DNA of 64,000 bases from Eledone cirrhosa (lineage: Eukaryota): NCBI GenBank assembly GCA_964016885.1, contig OZ024742.1, positions 55,428,001 through 55,492,000 on the forward strand. Direction: 5' to 3'. Below the pieces are notes generated by a model, which saw nothing but the letters and a program-made list of their open reading frames with translations, did not search any database and was not told where the DNA came from. Positions 41,795 through 55,392 of the stretch are shown here, piece after piece. Each line of letters begins with the position of its first letter. Within the stretch, counting starts at the first letter, position 1. The position numbers were made by a program, and so were the translations under genes.

Positions 41795-44700
41795 AATGAA
41801 TCTCGTATTATTAACATTTACAGTCCATCCAAACCAGGCGATTTACCCGTTGTGCAGCCAGTCATCGCCTCCCGTATTTCAGCTGCTGTTATCGGCTTTT
41901 CGCAACACTCCGCCTCAGTGGCCGAGAACCGCGGCAGTCGGGCGAGGTAGACACTTTAATCCACCCCTCAATCCGGCCAGCCGCTGCCCCCGAACAGCTG
42001 AGCGAAGTGTCGCTGAAAAAGTTCACACATTTTTCCGGGATATAGTAGCATGCGCCCGTCGTGGTCCACCAAAGACCGGATCGTGGCTTTGTTGCCACGA
42101 CGAACATCCGCCACTCGGGCCCATTTAACGGCTTTCGTCCCCTCGTGTCTGAGATCACGCACCCTAGCTCTGACAACGCAGCCTTCGTGCTTTACATTGA
42201 AGTATTGGTCAAAGGCCAATTTCGCCGCAAGTACGTCGGTGGCGATGCCTTTGCTAAGCGCCTCGTCTAATTCTCTAACTAGTTCTCCCTCTGCTCTATT
42301 TTTCTCTATTGCTAAAGCCTTACTAAACCTAATGGACTCTATTTTAATCGCTCTTTTCAGAGCAAACCACCACTTGTTGTTGACGATGGCCTCCGTCAAC
42401 GCCCGCTTAACTAGTTCGCTAATCCGGTCTCTGTAGGTCTTGCGCGCTGTTAATAACACGTTTAGCTTCCAATAGCCGGGTCCTTGTCTATGAAGCCTAT
42501 CTAAGTCAACCACACAGACCACGAATTTGTGGTCCGTATAGCTGACTATCTTGAATTGTGGACAGCCTAGTCTGGACCTATCTATTTCCCTACAAAATAT
42601 TCTATCTAGATATGATCTGGATGACCCGATGCGGTTTGTCCATGTCCACATTGGCACATTCGGTAAATCCAATCGGTACCTGTCAGACAGTTCGAAACAT
42701 CTGAGCAAGTTAGTGTATCTTTTGCCCCCCCTCCCCCCGTCCCCTATCCGCTAATCCTACACAGTCCCAGCGTGCATCTAATATCCAGTTCCACTCGCCC
42801 ACTAACACTAAAGAGCGGGACGTTCCAAGAAAGGTCTCCAGACGCCGGAAGAAATCAAGCTGCCCTGCTCTTGTTGGGACATAGACGGCCACTAGGCTGA
42901 AAGCTTGCCTGTTTCCGCTGGTCACGTCCAGCACCACCGACTTACCTTCTGGGTCCAGGAAGATGGCCCGTATGGCGAGATCCAAACCTCTCCGAAAAAG
43001 CACAGCAACTCCTCACCCTGATCCAGGACGGCTGGGAGATGTGTACACATCGTAGCCGGCGAAGATCGGTGCGAAGGCCCGTGCTTAGGACATTATGGAC
43101 TCGCTGATGGCCACCACATCTATGTTTAGTGACCTGAGGTCGTTGAGCAGGTGGGTCTACTTCCATGACGACCCCAATCCACGCGCATTTATGCTGCCTA
43201 TTCTGAGTGAGGTCATGTTGAAAAGGAATGGAAAAGATGTGAAAGACCACTTACCTTACTTCTCGTAGAGGAAGGATGGTTTCTCCATCCTTCTCACTAC
43301 TTGTGGCCTCCTCTGGAAGGATGTCCTTATGAATCCTCCTGGAGACTGTTTGTCGGAAGCCACCGATGTCCTTGGGGAATTTTTGTTTTAGTGTCGTGTA
43401 CGTTTTCTGTGTGATACGAGTGATTTGTATCTGTGGAGGGTGTTGTGTAGTCTTTTTCTGTGATGCTGGTGTAATAATTGGTTGTTGCTCAAATTTAATG
43501 CTGTGTAGTGTGTATAGTTTTGGTTGTTTTGTTTTGTTTGCGTTTGATGTGGATTTGTTTCTGTTTCGCTTTTTGGTGACTTTTGTGGTGTTGGTGATGG
43601 TGTTGGTGTTTGTGGTGATGGAGTTGGTGATGCTGGTGTGGATGGTGGCATAACTGTCCTAACTTTATTGTTTGTTAGTTTATTTGTTTCCCCCTGTATT
43701 TTGTTTTTGGAGGGGGAAGGAAGAGGATTTTTTCTTTTTCGGGTTCTTTTTCTTTTTATCTTTTTTCCTGATACAGTTTCCCACTCCTTTTCGTCACAAT
43801 CTGTGCCCAGTTGCGATAGGTCGGGGAGTGAAAAATCCTCCACAGGCGTTGGTTTTGGTTGTGTCGTGGTGGATGGTGGAGTCGCTGGTGCTAATTCTAG
43901 CGCGTTGGGTGGTGGTGGTGTTGGTTTTGCTACTGTTGCTGAGGTTGTTGCTGCTACAGTTGCTTCTGTTGTTGCTGCTGCAGTTGTTGTTGCTGCAGTT
44001 GTTGCTGCCATTTCTGCTGCTGGTGGTGTTGATGGTTGAGTAACTGGGGTGGGTAAGAGAGGTGTCCTCAACTTTTTAGCCTGAGGGCAGAAAGGCTTTA
44101 GGTGGGTTCCTTCACCACAAACGATACACCTAGGCCTTCTAACCTCAACGATTACGGTGAGGTGGCTGCCGTCATTGAGGTCTATCACCTCTGGAATTTC
44201 CTCAATGTTTTTTTGGTCCGCTTGGATCTCCATCCCAGATCCGGACCAGTTCTCCAGCTATTCTTTTGTTACTTCAATTATTTTCGTGTTGTCTTCGATG
44301 CCGGCGAGGACGGCAGCCATTAACCAGGGAATTTCGATGGTCGGTGGAATCTGGGTCACCTTGATCGTCACGAGTCTCTGACCACAATAGCTTGGGACGA
44401 GTGTGAAGTCTTCACTTCTTAATGGGGCCATGGATGCTCTCTGGCTTCCTGTGGTGTTCAGAAGAACACATTCACAGTTCGATATTTCTTCCCACGTCTG
44501 ATGCGGGTTTTTTTCGCCCACACATGTCCAAAAGCTTTTTGTATTTGGGACTCGGATGTCCGTTCCAAGGGGCGTGATTTTGTGTTCATCGTCCGATATG
44601 ACACGGTGCATAGACGCCGATGCTCCATTTTATTTGGTGGGTGGGTGAGGCTGACCATGTACCCATTTTCTTTAGCATTCGCTTGGCTTCATTTAATTCA

Positions 44701-45155
44701 TCCTGGCTTTCCTCGATTGTTTCGCTTTTCTTGGCTGCTTTGGCAAACGACACATTTTGTTTTGCGCTGGTGTTGTTGTTATTGTCATTGTTGTTGTTGC
44801 TGTTGTTGTTATTGTTATTTTTGTTATTGTTATTTTTAGTTTCAGTTGTGGAGGTGGTGGTGGTGGTGGCGTCAGTGTTGTTCGGCGTGGAAGAGTCGAT
44901 TCTGGTTGAATCCATTTTGATGTCACGAGATAATAATTTATTTGTTTTTGTTTCTGTTGTCGCTGAGGTGGTCGTTGGTGTTGCGGCTTTAATACCTGGC
45001 AATGGCAGGAAATGAATGTCTGCATGTGACAAATTTAAATTATTGTCACTGCGGATATATTTAGTGTTGGCAACCGTAGTAATATTTACAATGGTGAGGT
45101 GTTAGTTTGTGAGGAAGGCTGTCAGCTTCGCGTGGCTGTGAGCCGTCCATGTGTT
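41795..45155 (-). mobile_element. Tx1/L1-like LINE, 3'-truncated (ORF1 with CCHC knuckle; APE endonuclease; stops at RT start)
   Basis: RCIVCGEGTHLKPFCP; APE motifs TWTN..SYLDRIF, TDHK, GPGYWKLN; last codons GKSPGLDGL*. Confidence 0.88.
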
Positions 45156-45387
45156 TTAAAAAGAAAGTTTTCTGTCATAATTATAAAAGTTTAAATTTTG
45201 GGCTCAAGGCCACAATCTTTTTAAGTGTCCTTTTCAGAAAGCAAAAATATGTGAAATTATAAACACTTAACAAAAAAAAATTTCCATGACTGGCCATTTG
45301 AAACAACTGAAAACAACAAACCATTGCAGAGCTCACAATAATACGATTTCCTACGTAGGTCGCCAATAATAATAATAATAATAATAA

Positions 45388-46470
45388 CTTGTTTTGTAAC
45401 ACGAAAGCATCAAAAGATCATATTCCATTACAAAAGATGCACAAAGATACAGTAATGGACTACGAATTTCAGAAGTTCCATTTACTGCTGAAAAGAAAAA
45501 CACAGAAAAAGCAAAGCAGGTAAAAGAAACTGCAAAGAAAGAACTGCTACAGAAACTGGCTAAGAAATGGCAAGAAAAGTCTCTGCATGGAAAATAACCA
45601 GAAAGAGCTAACGATCCTGATGTTGACAACACTTTAACCCATCAGTGGTTGGCATCCTCTGGACTGAAATCGGAGACTGAAGGAGTGATTATATCAGCAC
45701 AAGATCAGTGTCCGCCAACATAATAAAAAATGGATGCAACCCATTATGCCGTGTATGTAAAAATCAACCAGACACCATTGATCATATAATTTCAATGTGC
45801 AGTCCTATAGCTCCAACCGAATACCTAAACAGGCACGACAGAGCGGCACAATACATACATTGTATAATGTGTTAGCATGTTCTCCTGCTCCATCAAAAGA
45901 GGTGGTGGGAGCATCAACCAATTCCCGAACTTGAAAAAGATCATATCTCAATCTTGTGGAACTTTAGCATCCAAACAGACCAAAAAATAGATGCAAATAG
46001 ACCTGATATAATACTGAAGGACTTTAAAAAGAGGCTATGCCTGCTAATCGATTTGTCCGTTACAATAGACAAGAATGTATCTATAAAAACATTTGAAAAA
46101 TTGAGCAAGTATAAAGACCTAGAGATAGAAATTGGAAAAATGTGGAAATTGAAAACTAAAACAATACCAGTGGTTGTAGGCGCTCTAGGAATGATACCTA
46201 AGGGGTCTAATGATTACTTATCGCAAATTCCAGGAAACCCGCGTATAGGAGAAATACTAAATATAGTACTAATGGGAACTGCCCATATACTAAGGAAGAT
46301 TCTGTCAATATAAATACATGACAAGTCTAAAGATGCATGTTTGTGTTTGTATATTCTTTCTTGAACATGGCGGACCTTGTTGTCTCTTGAGGTCACTGGT
46401 TGTGACTTGGTGATAACTCATATGAACATAAAGTAAGATAAATGCAACTGTAATAATAATAATAATAATA
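45388..46470 (+). mobile_element. R4/Dong-like LINE 3' fragment between (TAA)n tracts
   Basis: CRVC..HIISMC knuckle, RHD, ANRPDIILKD...LIDLSV...KLSKYKDL...PVVVGALG. Confidence 0.85.
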
Positions 46471-47024
46471 TGTGATGGGCAGGGTGAACCACTGGCACCT
46501 ATGCAAAGTAAACAATTTACCACATTCTGAGAAGTGGTATGAGCATAAGCCAGAGTCGGTGATAGAAAACGATCAGGTGAAGGTGCTGTGGGATTTTAGA
46601 ATACAGACAGACAAAAACTGGAACACAATAGACCTGACCTGGTGGTTTTGGACAAGGGAAAAAGATCGTGCCTGATTGTGGATGTGGCCTGCCCATTCCA
46701 CACGGGAGTGCAAGAGAAGGAGAGGGAGAAAATTACCTGATACCAGGACTTAAAGTGGGAGGTAAAAAGGATTTGGAACTGCCATGAAGTCAAAGTGGTC
46801 CCGATTGTCATAGGCGCACTAGGTACTATCTCAAAGAGTTTCCAGTGATAGTTAAAGAAAATTGGCCCCGCCCCGCTTTTTGGAACACTTCAAAAGGCAT
46901 GCTTGCTGGGAACAGCAAGAACCCTCCGATACGTCCGGAATATCTGAGGCTGCAGGTAGTGGCTTGATAATCATTTCAACAAACTTTCCAGTTAACCAAC
47001 ATCAATGACTGAGACTCAAAGAAC

Positions 47025-47062
<38 letters not shown>
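46471..47062 (+). mobile_element. Second R4/Dong-like LINE 3' fragment with (TAA)n tail
   Basis: KWYEHKPESVIENDQVKVLWDFRIQTD, RPDLVV, VVPIVIGALG. Confidence 0.85.
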
Positions 47063-47065
<3 letters not shown>

Positions 47066-47129
47066 AGCTGCAACGATAGCAATATCACCTCAATCAACAA
47101 CAGCAATGATACTGTTATAATAGTAATAA

Positions 47130-48232
47130 TGATCTCAGTGCCAGCCACGAAATGCACTACCCAAAGAGCCGGACAACTTTCCATGTACGTCCAATACCAT
47201 GCGTAACGCAAGCATGTACTGGGAGACGAACAAATAAAACTTAATACACAATACCAAATCGCTTTTCCTATGGTTAATCAGGAAGCGCGTCCCTCAGGAA
47301 GGTGCCAACCTGATATCGAAAAGTCCTCCTTTGGCACAAACTCTTCTCCAATTATGGACGTGGATGATCACTTGATCGGGGATTGCCCCAACTCAAGCCT
47401 TCCAGATCCACCACCCAAACCACCTCAAAAAGAAAAACCTAAAAGGATGAAATGGACCCTAGAAGAGTATAAAGAAGTAATATATGCATATTACTATGCA
47501 ATAGGTAAGCCATCACAAGACAGACACACTTTAAACTCCTACAAAATCTGGAAAACTCGGAATCAAGCTAGCAGACGTGATATGGATGGAAATAAGTTGG
47601 CAAATGTAAGGAGGTATATCTTCAGAAATAATATAGTCAACTTTTGATTAATCGTATGATCCTAGAGAACTGTCATAATAAACACAGAAATATCAGTTCT
47701 GCATGGATCGATTATAAAAAAGCCTTTGACAGCATACCACACTCATGGATTCTGAAATCACTTGACAGCTTCAAAATCTCACCTGTGATCTCAAACTTCC
47801 TGAAACACAATATGTCATTATGGAACACAAATCTCCAATTGTCTCATTCCACTGGGGTACTGTGCTCTAGGAATGTAAACATCAACTGTGGTATATTCCA
47901 GGGTGACTCACTTTCACCCTTGCTTTTCTGCATAGCTTTAATACTCCTTACATCCGAGCTTAATAGAACAAGGTACGGTTTTAGAATTGACAACAAAAAC
48001 ATAAGCCACCTATTTCATATGGATGATTTGAAGTTATATTGCAAAGATAATGACGAACTGTAAGGCATTTTGCGGACAGTAAAAACGTTTAGCAATGACA
48101 TCAGGATGGAGTTTGGACTTGACAAGTGTGCAAAAGCCACTTTCAAGAAGGGGAACCTTGTCAACTCAGACTCAGTTGAATTTGATGCTGAAACAATCAT
48201 AAAGGAACTTGAGCAGGAACAAACTTATAAAA
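47130..48232 (+). mobile_element. R4/Dong-like LINE 5' region plus RT fragment (internally deleted, interrupted by Helitron)
   Basis: RMKWTLEEY N-terminal motif; WIDYKKAFDSIPH, GIFQGDSLSPLLF, HMDDLKLY, FGLDKCA. Confidence 0.85.
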
Positions 48233-51200
48233 ACTGTCTGTGTGCCTGTCTGTCAGTCTAACATACACAGAGTTGTGAAGGGAGTAAATATGGATCTTTC
48301 TTTACATTGCCGGACATCTTTTATATTTATTGTTGTGTCATTTTTTATACACTATGTATATATGTCAGTGTTGAGACATGTATGTGTGTGATGTGTGTGT
48401 AAATAAGCGGGGAAGGAAAGCAATAACTATTAACATGTGTCCATGTGTATGTACGTGCGCGTATGTTTATGTGTGTGTGCGTGCGTGCAGCGTTCCACAG
48501 AAAGTAAAATCTATCAACATGTGTGAGTGTGTGCGTTTGTAAGTTTGCGTGCGTGTGCGCGTTTCCATGCGTGTATGTGTGTGGCGTTCCACAATCGCCA
48601 CGCAGTTTATCTGTCTGTGTGCCTGTCTGTCAGTCTAACATACACAGAGTTGTGAAGGGAGTAAATAGGGACCTTTCTTTACATTGACGGAGATCTTTTA
48701 TATTTATTATTGCGTCATTTTTTGACAATTGCTCGAAATGAATACTGATAATAAAAGCAATTCGACTTTATCAGACAGTGAACTACAGCGGCGACGGCGT
48801 GCAGCCAGCAATGAATAAAAACGGACCGAACAGCGCCATCGGAACGCCAAACTTCAGAAGCGAAGACGTGCCGCGGTGAATGAAGAGGAGCTGGCTGAAC
48901 AACGCCGATGAAACACTGGAGCCAAGCAGCCACGGCCTGCTACGATGGATGAAGACGAACTGGCTGAGCATCATCAGCAGATGGCCAGAATTCAGCAGCA
49001 ACGGTGTGCTGCGATGGATGAAGAGGAGCTGGCTGAACAGCGCCAGCGCAATACAGAAGTTCAGTGAATGTGTCGCCAAAATGCTCCTCATTCCAGTAAA
49101 GAGGCTAGAAGACGAACGAATGATAAAAATGGATCATGGCAACCGTGTCATTTTCAGATTGGTGGACGAGCAGAGTGTCCACATTGTGGAGCAGTGATTT
49201 GGAGGCACGAAAATATGTGGACCACAATGTGCTGTCATAAAGGAGCAGTTCAACTAGAACCCTTGCGAATGCCGGATGATGAAGGGTCACCGGAGTTTAA
49301 AATACTAAGTATGTGGTGTGATCAAGGAGACCGAGGTAGATTACTGAGCAAATATTCGCGGCAAATTCATTAGCTTTAGCATCGCAGAGAGTTAGTGAGA
49401 TGTTTGAGAGTGGAGCATGGCAACCGAATGTAGTCATTCAAGGCCGTTTGTATCATTGTATCAGTAATTTAGAAGTTACCCCAGGAGAGAGGTCTCAATT
49501 CACTCAAATTTACGTTAACGATCCAGATTATAGTGAATCGGAGGAGGATATCAGGATCGGTTGGATGAAGTTGCCGGGAAATATAACTGAACTTGAACTG
49601 CAAAGGTTAAGTGATTTGATCCGTGATTAGCAATCATGGCTTAGACAGTTTAATCTTTATGTTATGGATTTCATGTTGGTGGCTGAACTGCAAAATGTTC
49701 AGCAGCAAACATTGGTGATTAAGGCTGACGCAGTGCCAAGGAATCAACACGAACGGTGATATAAAGCCCCTGAAGGATTTCGTGAAGTTGCTGTGTTGAT
49801 GGACGATAAGCCTGGATAGAGAGATATCGTCCTCAATCACAGAAATGGTGGTCTCAAAACTAGCAATAAGTCAAATAGGGCATACGATCCATTGCATTAT
49901 GTTCTTTTATTCCCAAAAGGTGAATATGGATGGAACATGTCTGTTCATTTAGATGATTATGAGAATCAGCATCAACAGGGAGGTGGTAATAGACACAATA
50001 ATTCGATTCGCGAGTTTTACGCGTTCTATTTGAACAAGAGGAATCAACAGAGAAATGTGCTATTTCAAGCCAGCAGATTGTTCCAGGAATACTGTTGTAT
50101 CGCATTCGCAAAGATCGAAAATCAAAGGCTAAATTATATAGCTACACATCAGCAACATATCAGAGCTGAACTGTATAATAATATACAGGATGCGATAACA
50201 GCCGATGATGCCAATTACAAGCAAATTGGTCGACGCATCATTTTGCCATCGTCGTTCATCAGCGGTCCGAGATATATGAACATTCGCTATCAGGATGCAA
50301 TGGCTATTGTTAGAAAGTTTGGAAAGCCAGATTTGTTTATAACGGTTACATGCAATCCTGAATGGACTGATATTAAGGATGCACTTTTGCCAGGACAACA
50401 GCCAAAGGACCGTCCTGATATTGGGGCAAGAGTATTCAAAGGATATTTGAAAAAAATAATGGATGATGTGGAAAAAGAGGGAATCTTTGGAGGTACAGTT
50501 GCTTTTACATACGTAATTGAATTCCAAAACAGAGGATTGCCACATGTACATTTGCTGATCATTTTACATAGGGATTGCAAATTGAGATGTGCTGAGGATG
50601 TCGACACCATTGTGTGTGCTGAACTGCCGGAGGATGAGGCACTACGCAGCTTGGTGGCAAAGTCAATGGTGCACAACCAATGCGAGTGGCAAATAGGAAA
50701 GCGCCTTGCATGAAAAATGGCCAAATGCAGTAAGCACTTTCCGAAATCTTTTGTCACGAACACTTCCAGGAACGATGGGGATGCTCATTCCTCATACAGA
50801 AGACGGTCGCCTGCCGATTGCGGTTTTTTGATCGAAAAGGTAAACGGTTGACAGGTTACAAATCAATGGGTTGTGCCATACAATCCATATTTGATTATGA
50901 AATATCGTTGTCATATTAATGTGGAAATGTGTAGCTCAGTGAAAGCTTGCAAATATATATTCAAATATGTTTACAAAGGTCATGATCGGGCAATGATCAA
51001 TGTCAGGAATTGGGAAGCGAACCAAGGAGATGAAGTTGGCAGGTTCCAGGATGTTCACTCGATTAGATCTAGCGAAGCTTGCTGGAGATTGTTCGATTTT
51101 GATCTCAATGAACGCAAATCCAGCGTTCAGAAACTGACGGTTCACTTAGAGAATAGGCAAATGGTCTGTTTTCAGGACACTAAAAGAGGTGTCGAAAGAA

Positions 51201-54200
51201 TTGCTAACGCACCACCTCCTAAGACGGAATTGACTGAGTGGTTCAAGCATAATAGGGAACATGCTTTGAACCCGGATCAAAGGCAGCTCTACTGCGATTT
51301 CCCTTCGCACTATACGTGGGATAAGAAGGGAAAGAAATGGAATGATAGAAAGCAAAAGTTGAGATTCATGACTATTGGACTGGTTTGTAATGTTCATCCA
51401 GCTTCTGGTGATGTGTTTTACCTCCGAATTCTGTTGCATAGTGATTTTTCGAGAGGTAAACAGAGCTTCGCTGATTTGAAAACAATCAATGGCGTGGAAT
51501 ATGAAACATACCAGGCTGTGTGTCAGCATCTTGGACTCCTTCAGGATGACGCTGAATGGAATAACACCATGGAAGCTGCAGGAACAACAGAGATGCCAGC
51601 TCAAATAAGGCAGTTGTTTGTCACGATCTAGGATAGGATTCTGCAATCCTGCCGATCCAAGAGAGTTATTTGAACGGCATTGGGGAATTATATCTGATGA
51701 TTTTAGGCATCATCTTCAGGTCGATGATGAAAATTTGATGTAAGCTATTGTTTTGCTCAATATTGAGCAACTGCTTGAAGTTCATTTCAAATGTTTAACA
51801 GATTTCAATTTGCCAATTCCTGATGAAGAAATGCAGCAACGTGTCTTAGCATTTAAACATGAGATTGCAGCTTAGCTGGTTGCCACTCGATCGGAGGGAA
51901 CTATTTCAGTTTGATCCACTGGAACAGAAACGTATTGTGGATGAACGTATGCCAATGTTGACCCAATCTCAGAGAGAATTGGTCGATGGCGTTCTCCACT
52001 CGATTTCCACTAATGAGCAACTTTGTGCTTTCATAGATGCTCCAGGTGGCACCGGAAAGACATTCTGTTTCAACACTAGGTTATCGGCAGTCACGGCTCA
52101 GAGGAAGATTGCTCTCCATGTGACCACCAGTGGGATCGCTGCCACTTTGCTGATTGGTGGAAGGACCTTCCACTCATGCTTCAAGGCTCCATTAGTTCCG
52201 GATGAGTTGAGTGTCTGTAACATTACAGGACAAAGTGAACTCGCGGGCCTTATACGCAATACGTCTCTGATTATTTGGGACGAGACTCCAATGGCACACA
52301 GATATTTGCTGGAGGCATTGGACAGAACTTTGAGAGATATCTGCGGTAGTGACCTGCCATTCGGTGGTAAGACTATCGTTCTTGGTGGCGATTTGAGACA
52401 GGTGCTACCAATTGTTAGGAATGCTCAAAGAGCGCAAATTGTCGATGCATGTCTGAAAAAGTCCCCGTTGTGTCGCCATTTCAGAGTTTTGCGATTACAC
52501 AATAATATGCGACTTCGTATGTTCGGGCAAAACGTAGAGGGTGAGACATACGGCCGATGGTTGATGCAGTTGGGAAACGATGAATTTCCACACGTTGGTG
52601 ATAATCAGACTGTAAGAATACCAGACCATTTGGTCATGCCACTGGACCGCCAAGCCTTGATTGACTGGGTGTTCCCTAATTTGAATGCTTTTTGGCAGAA
52701 TATCTCCTGGATATCGGAACGCGTCATTCTAACTCATACGAATGCAACGGTCGATGAAATAAATTCAGAAGAAGCCGGAATGTTTCCTGGAGAGGAATGG
52801 TTGACCGTCAGTGCGGATGCAATGGAGCATAATCAGCAGAACAATATGGATGTTCCGACTGAGTATCTGAATTCACTTCAAATACCCGGATTCCCCCCCC
52901 CCCCCCCCACATATTTTGAGTTTGAAAAAGGGTATGCCGATTATATTGCTTAGAAATATCAATCATAAAATGGGTCTTTGCAATGGTACCAGATTAATTG
53001 TTGAGAGATTGATTAACGGAAGAGTTTTAGAAGCTAAACTCCCAGGCAGAGAAGACTCGGTTCTCATTCCGAGGATGATGCTGAGACCAAGTGAAGATCT
53101 GCTACAATTTAGTTGGCAAAGGAAACAGTTTCCCGTCAATTTGGCCTTCTCCATGACTGTCAACAAGGCACAGGGACAGTTTTTCAAGCGAGTCGGTATC
53201 CAGCATTCAGCCATGGGCAACTGTATGTTGCTGCATCTCGAGTGTGCGATCCTGATGATACAAAATGTGCAATTGATACCACTAACAGAGGAACAACCCT
53301 GAATATTGTCTATAATGAAGCTTTGAGCTGATGTATGCATATCTTTAATGCTATCAATAAGCGGCGTAAATGATTCGGACTTTGGTGTGCTTTGATCAGT
53401 ATTGTGAACTTCACAGAGTTATCATTTATGTTCAATGTCATTTAATGTCGTTATGAGCAATAAAAACAAACAAGTACTGGTAGAAATTGCTTTCACTGCT
53501 ATGTTGCGCAATAAATACCAACAAGTATTGGTAGAAATTGCCTTCACTGCTATGAATATTCGACGTAAATGATTCAGACATTGGTGTCCTTTGATCAGTA
53601 TTGTGAGCTTTGACAGAGTTATCATTTCTGTTGAATGTCATTTATTGTCGATAATGAACAATAAAAACCAACAATATTCGTAGAAATTAACTTCAAATTT
53701 ATCGCTTCTGATAGCGTTGGTAATAAAACCTCATCATATGCTGAGTCTAGCAAAAAGTGTGGTGCCTATGGCCGTCCAGGGCTAGAGTAATATTGAAAAA
53801 CGATCCTATTTTCGAGGTAGAAGGCTCCGCTATTTGGAGTTCAAACCAGGCCACCTCCACGAGTTGAACTCTGGGCAATATTGACTGTCTATTACTCAGT
53901 GGCTAAGAGCCTGGAAATTACTGAATAAATGTTTGAGTCATATAATTTGTTGTTTTATTATTATAGCTGACCACTTATAGATAAGCATGTTGTCCATATC
54001 CATATTCATTTGGCATTTGTATAAACCATTTCAAGTAAACAGGGACCTTTTTACATTGACGGACATCTTTTATATTAATTATCTATATCTATATCTACAT
54101 ATAATATAAACGATTGGAACTTCCATCATTCTTTTGAGAAACGTGGAACAACCACGTCTATGCAATGATACACGTTTTACACTCAGGCAGAAGATGAACC

Positions 54201-54440
54201 ATCTCCTAGAGGTCACTATTCTAGGTGGGAGCACCTAGAATTGTTCATATACTATGCACAAAACGTACAACGAAGAATCTGGTATATCTGGAAGATTTTC
54301 TTTACTGTGTTTGGTATCACACAGACACCACGGACTCGACTCATACTGTAACCAGACAAACATCCAATACAGTCATTTTCCCTTCTACCCGTCTTCTCTT
54401 ATCATCTGTTTACCCGGGCGAAGCTGGGTACGTCAGCTAG
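48233..54440 (+). mobile_element. Helitron (autonomous type, decayed)
   Basis: RepHel pseudo-ORF; 3' end CCCGGGCGAAGCTGGG hairpin followed by CTAG (54437-54440); 5' boundary approximate. Confidence 0.9.
48750..53330 (+). pseudogene. Helitron RepHel transposase (Zn finger, HUH Rep, Pif1 helicase), disrupted
   Basis: CPHC...MCC; FITVTCNP; VIEFQNRGLPHVHLLI; YIFKYVYKGHD; GGTGKTF; IIWDE; GDLRQVLP; NGTR; QFPVNLAFSMTVNKAQGQ; FSHGQLYVAASRV. Confidence 0.93.
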
Positions 54441-54614
54441 TATATATTAATTTCAAAAATGTCAGTATTCCGTGTGTCATAATTCTCGATTGTCATTAGT
54501 TCATAGGTTTAAAACGAGTCCGCCCACCTCAACGAAGCCAAACTTAAATTAATATGCATAATGCCAATGAGGGGGTGAGAGGGGAGAGTAAGAAACAGAG
54601 AGGCAAAGTGAACG

Positions 54615-55291
54615 CTGTAACTATTACCATGTATGCGTGTGTATGTACGTGCGCTTATGTTTATGTGTGCGTGCGGTGCAGTGTTCCACAGAAAGTAAAA
54701 GTAATTCGACTTTATCAAACAGAGAACTACAGCGGCGACAGCGTGCAGCCAGGAATGAAGAAAAACGTGCCGAACAGCGCCATCGGAACGCCGAACTTCA
54801 GTGGCGAAGACGTGCCGCCATGAGTGAAGAGGAGCTGGCTGAACAACGCCATCGAAACACTGGAGCCAAGCAGCGACGGCGTGCTGCGATGGTTGAAGAC
54901 GAACTGGCTGAGCATCGTCTTTTATATTAATTATCTATATCTATATCTACATATAATATAAACGATTGGAACTTCCACCATCCTTTTGAGAAACGTGGAA
55001 CAACCACGTCTATGCAATGATACACGTTTTACAGTCAGGCAGAAGATGAACTATCTCCTAGAGGTCACTCATCTAGGTGAGAGCACCTAGAATTGTTCAT
55101 ATACTATGTACAAACGGTACAATGAAGAATCTGGTATATCTGGAAGATTTTCTTTACTGTCTTTTGTATCACACAGATACCACAGACTCAACTCATACTG
55201 TAACCAGACAAACATCCAATACCGTCATTTTCTCTTTTACCTGTCTTCTCTTATCATCTGTATAGCCGGGCGAAGCTGGGTACGTCAGCTA

Positions 55292-55292
<1 letters not shown>
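54615..55292 (+). mobile_element. Deleted tandem Helitron copy (5' region fused to 3' end)
   Basis: 54615-54915 resembles 48420-48510 and 48760-48975; 54917-55292 repeats 54066-54440 and ends in CTAG. Confidence 0.8.
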
Positions 55293-55349
<57 letters not shown>

Positions 55350-55392
55350 ATATATATATATATATAAATATATATATATATAAATATATGAA

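Noticed and set aside
43638-45015. Plus-strand ORFs rich in L/V/C
   Set aside because: Antisense shadows of the low-complexity Tx1 ORF1
53350-53695. Repeats considered as a CRISPR-like array
   Set aside because: Degenerate tandem duplication without unique spacers, in a eukaryotic Helitron context
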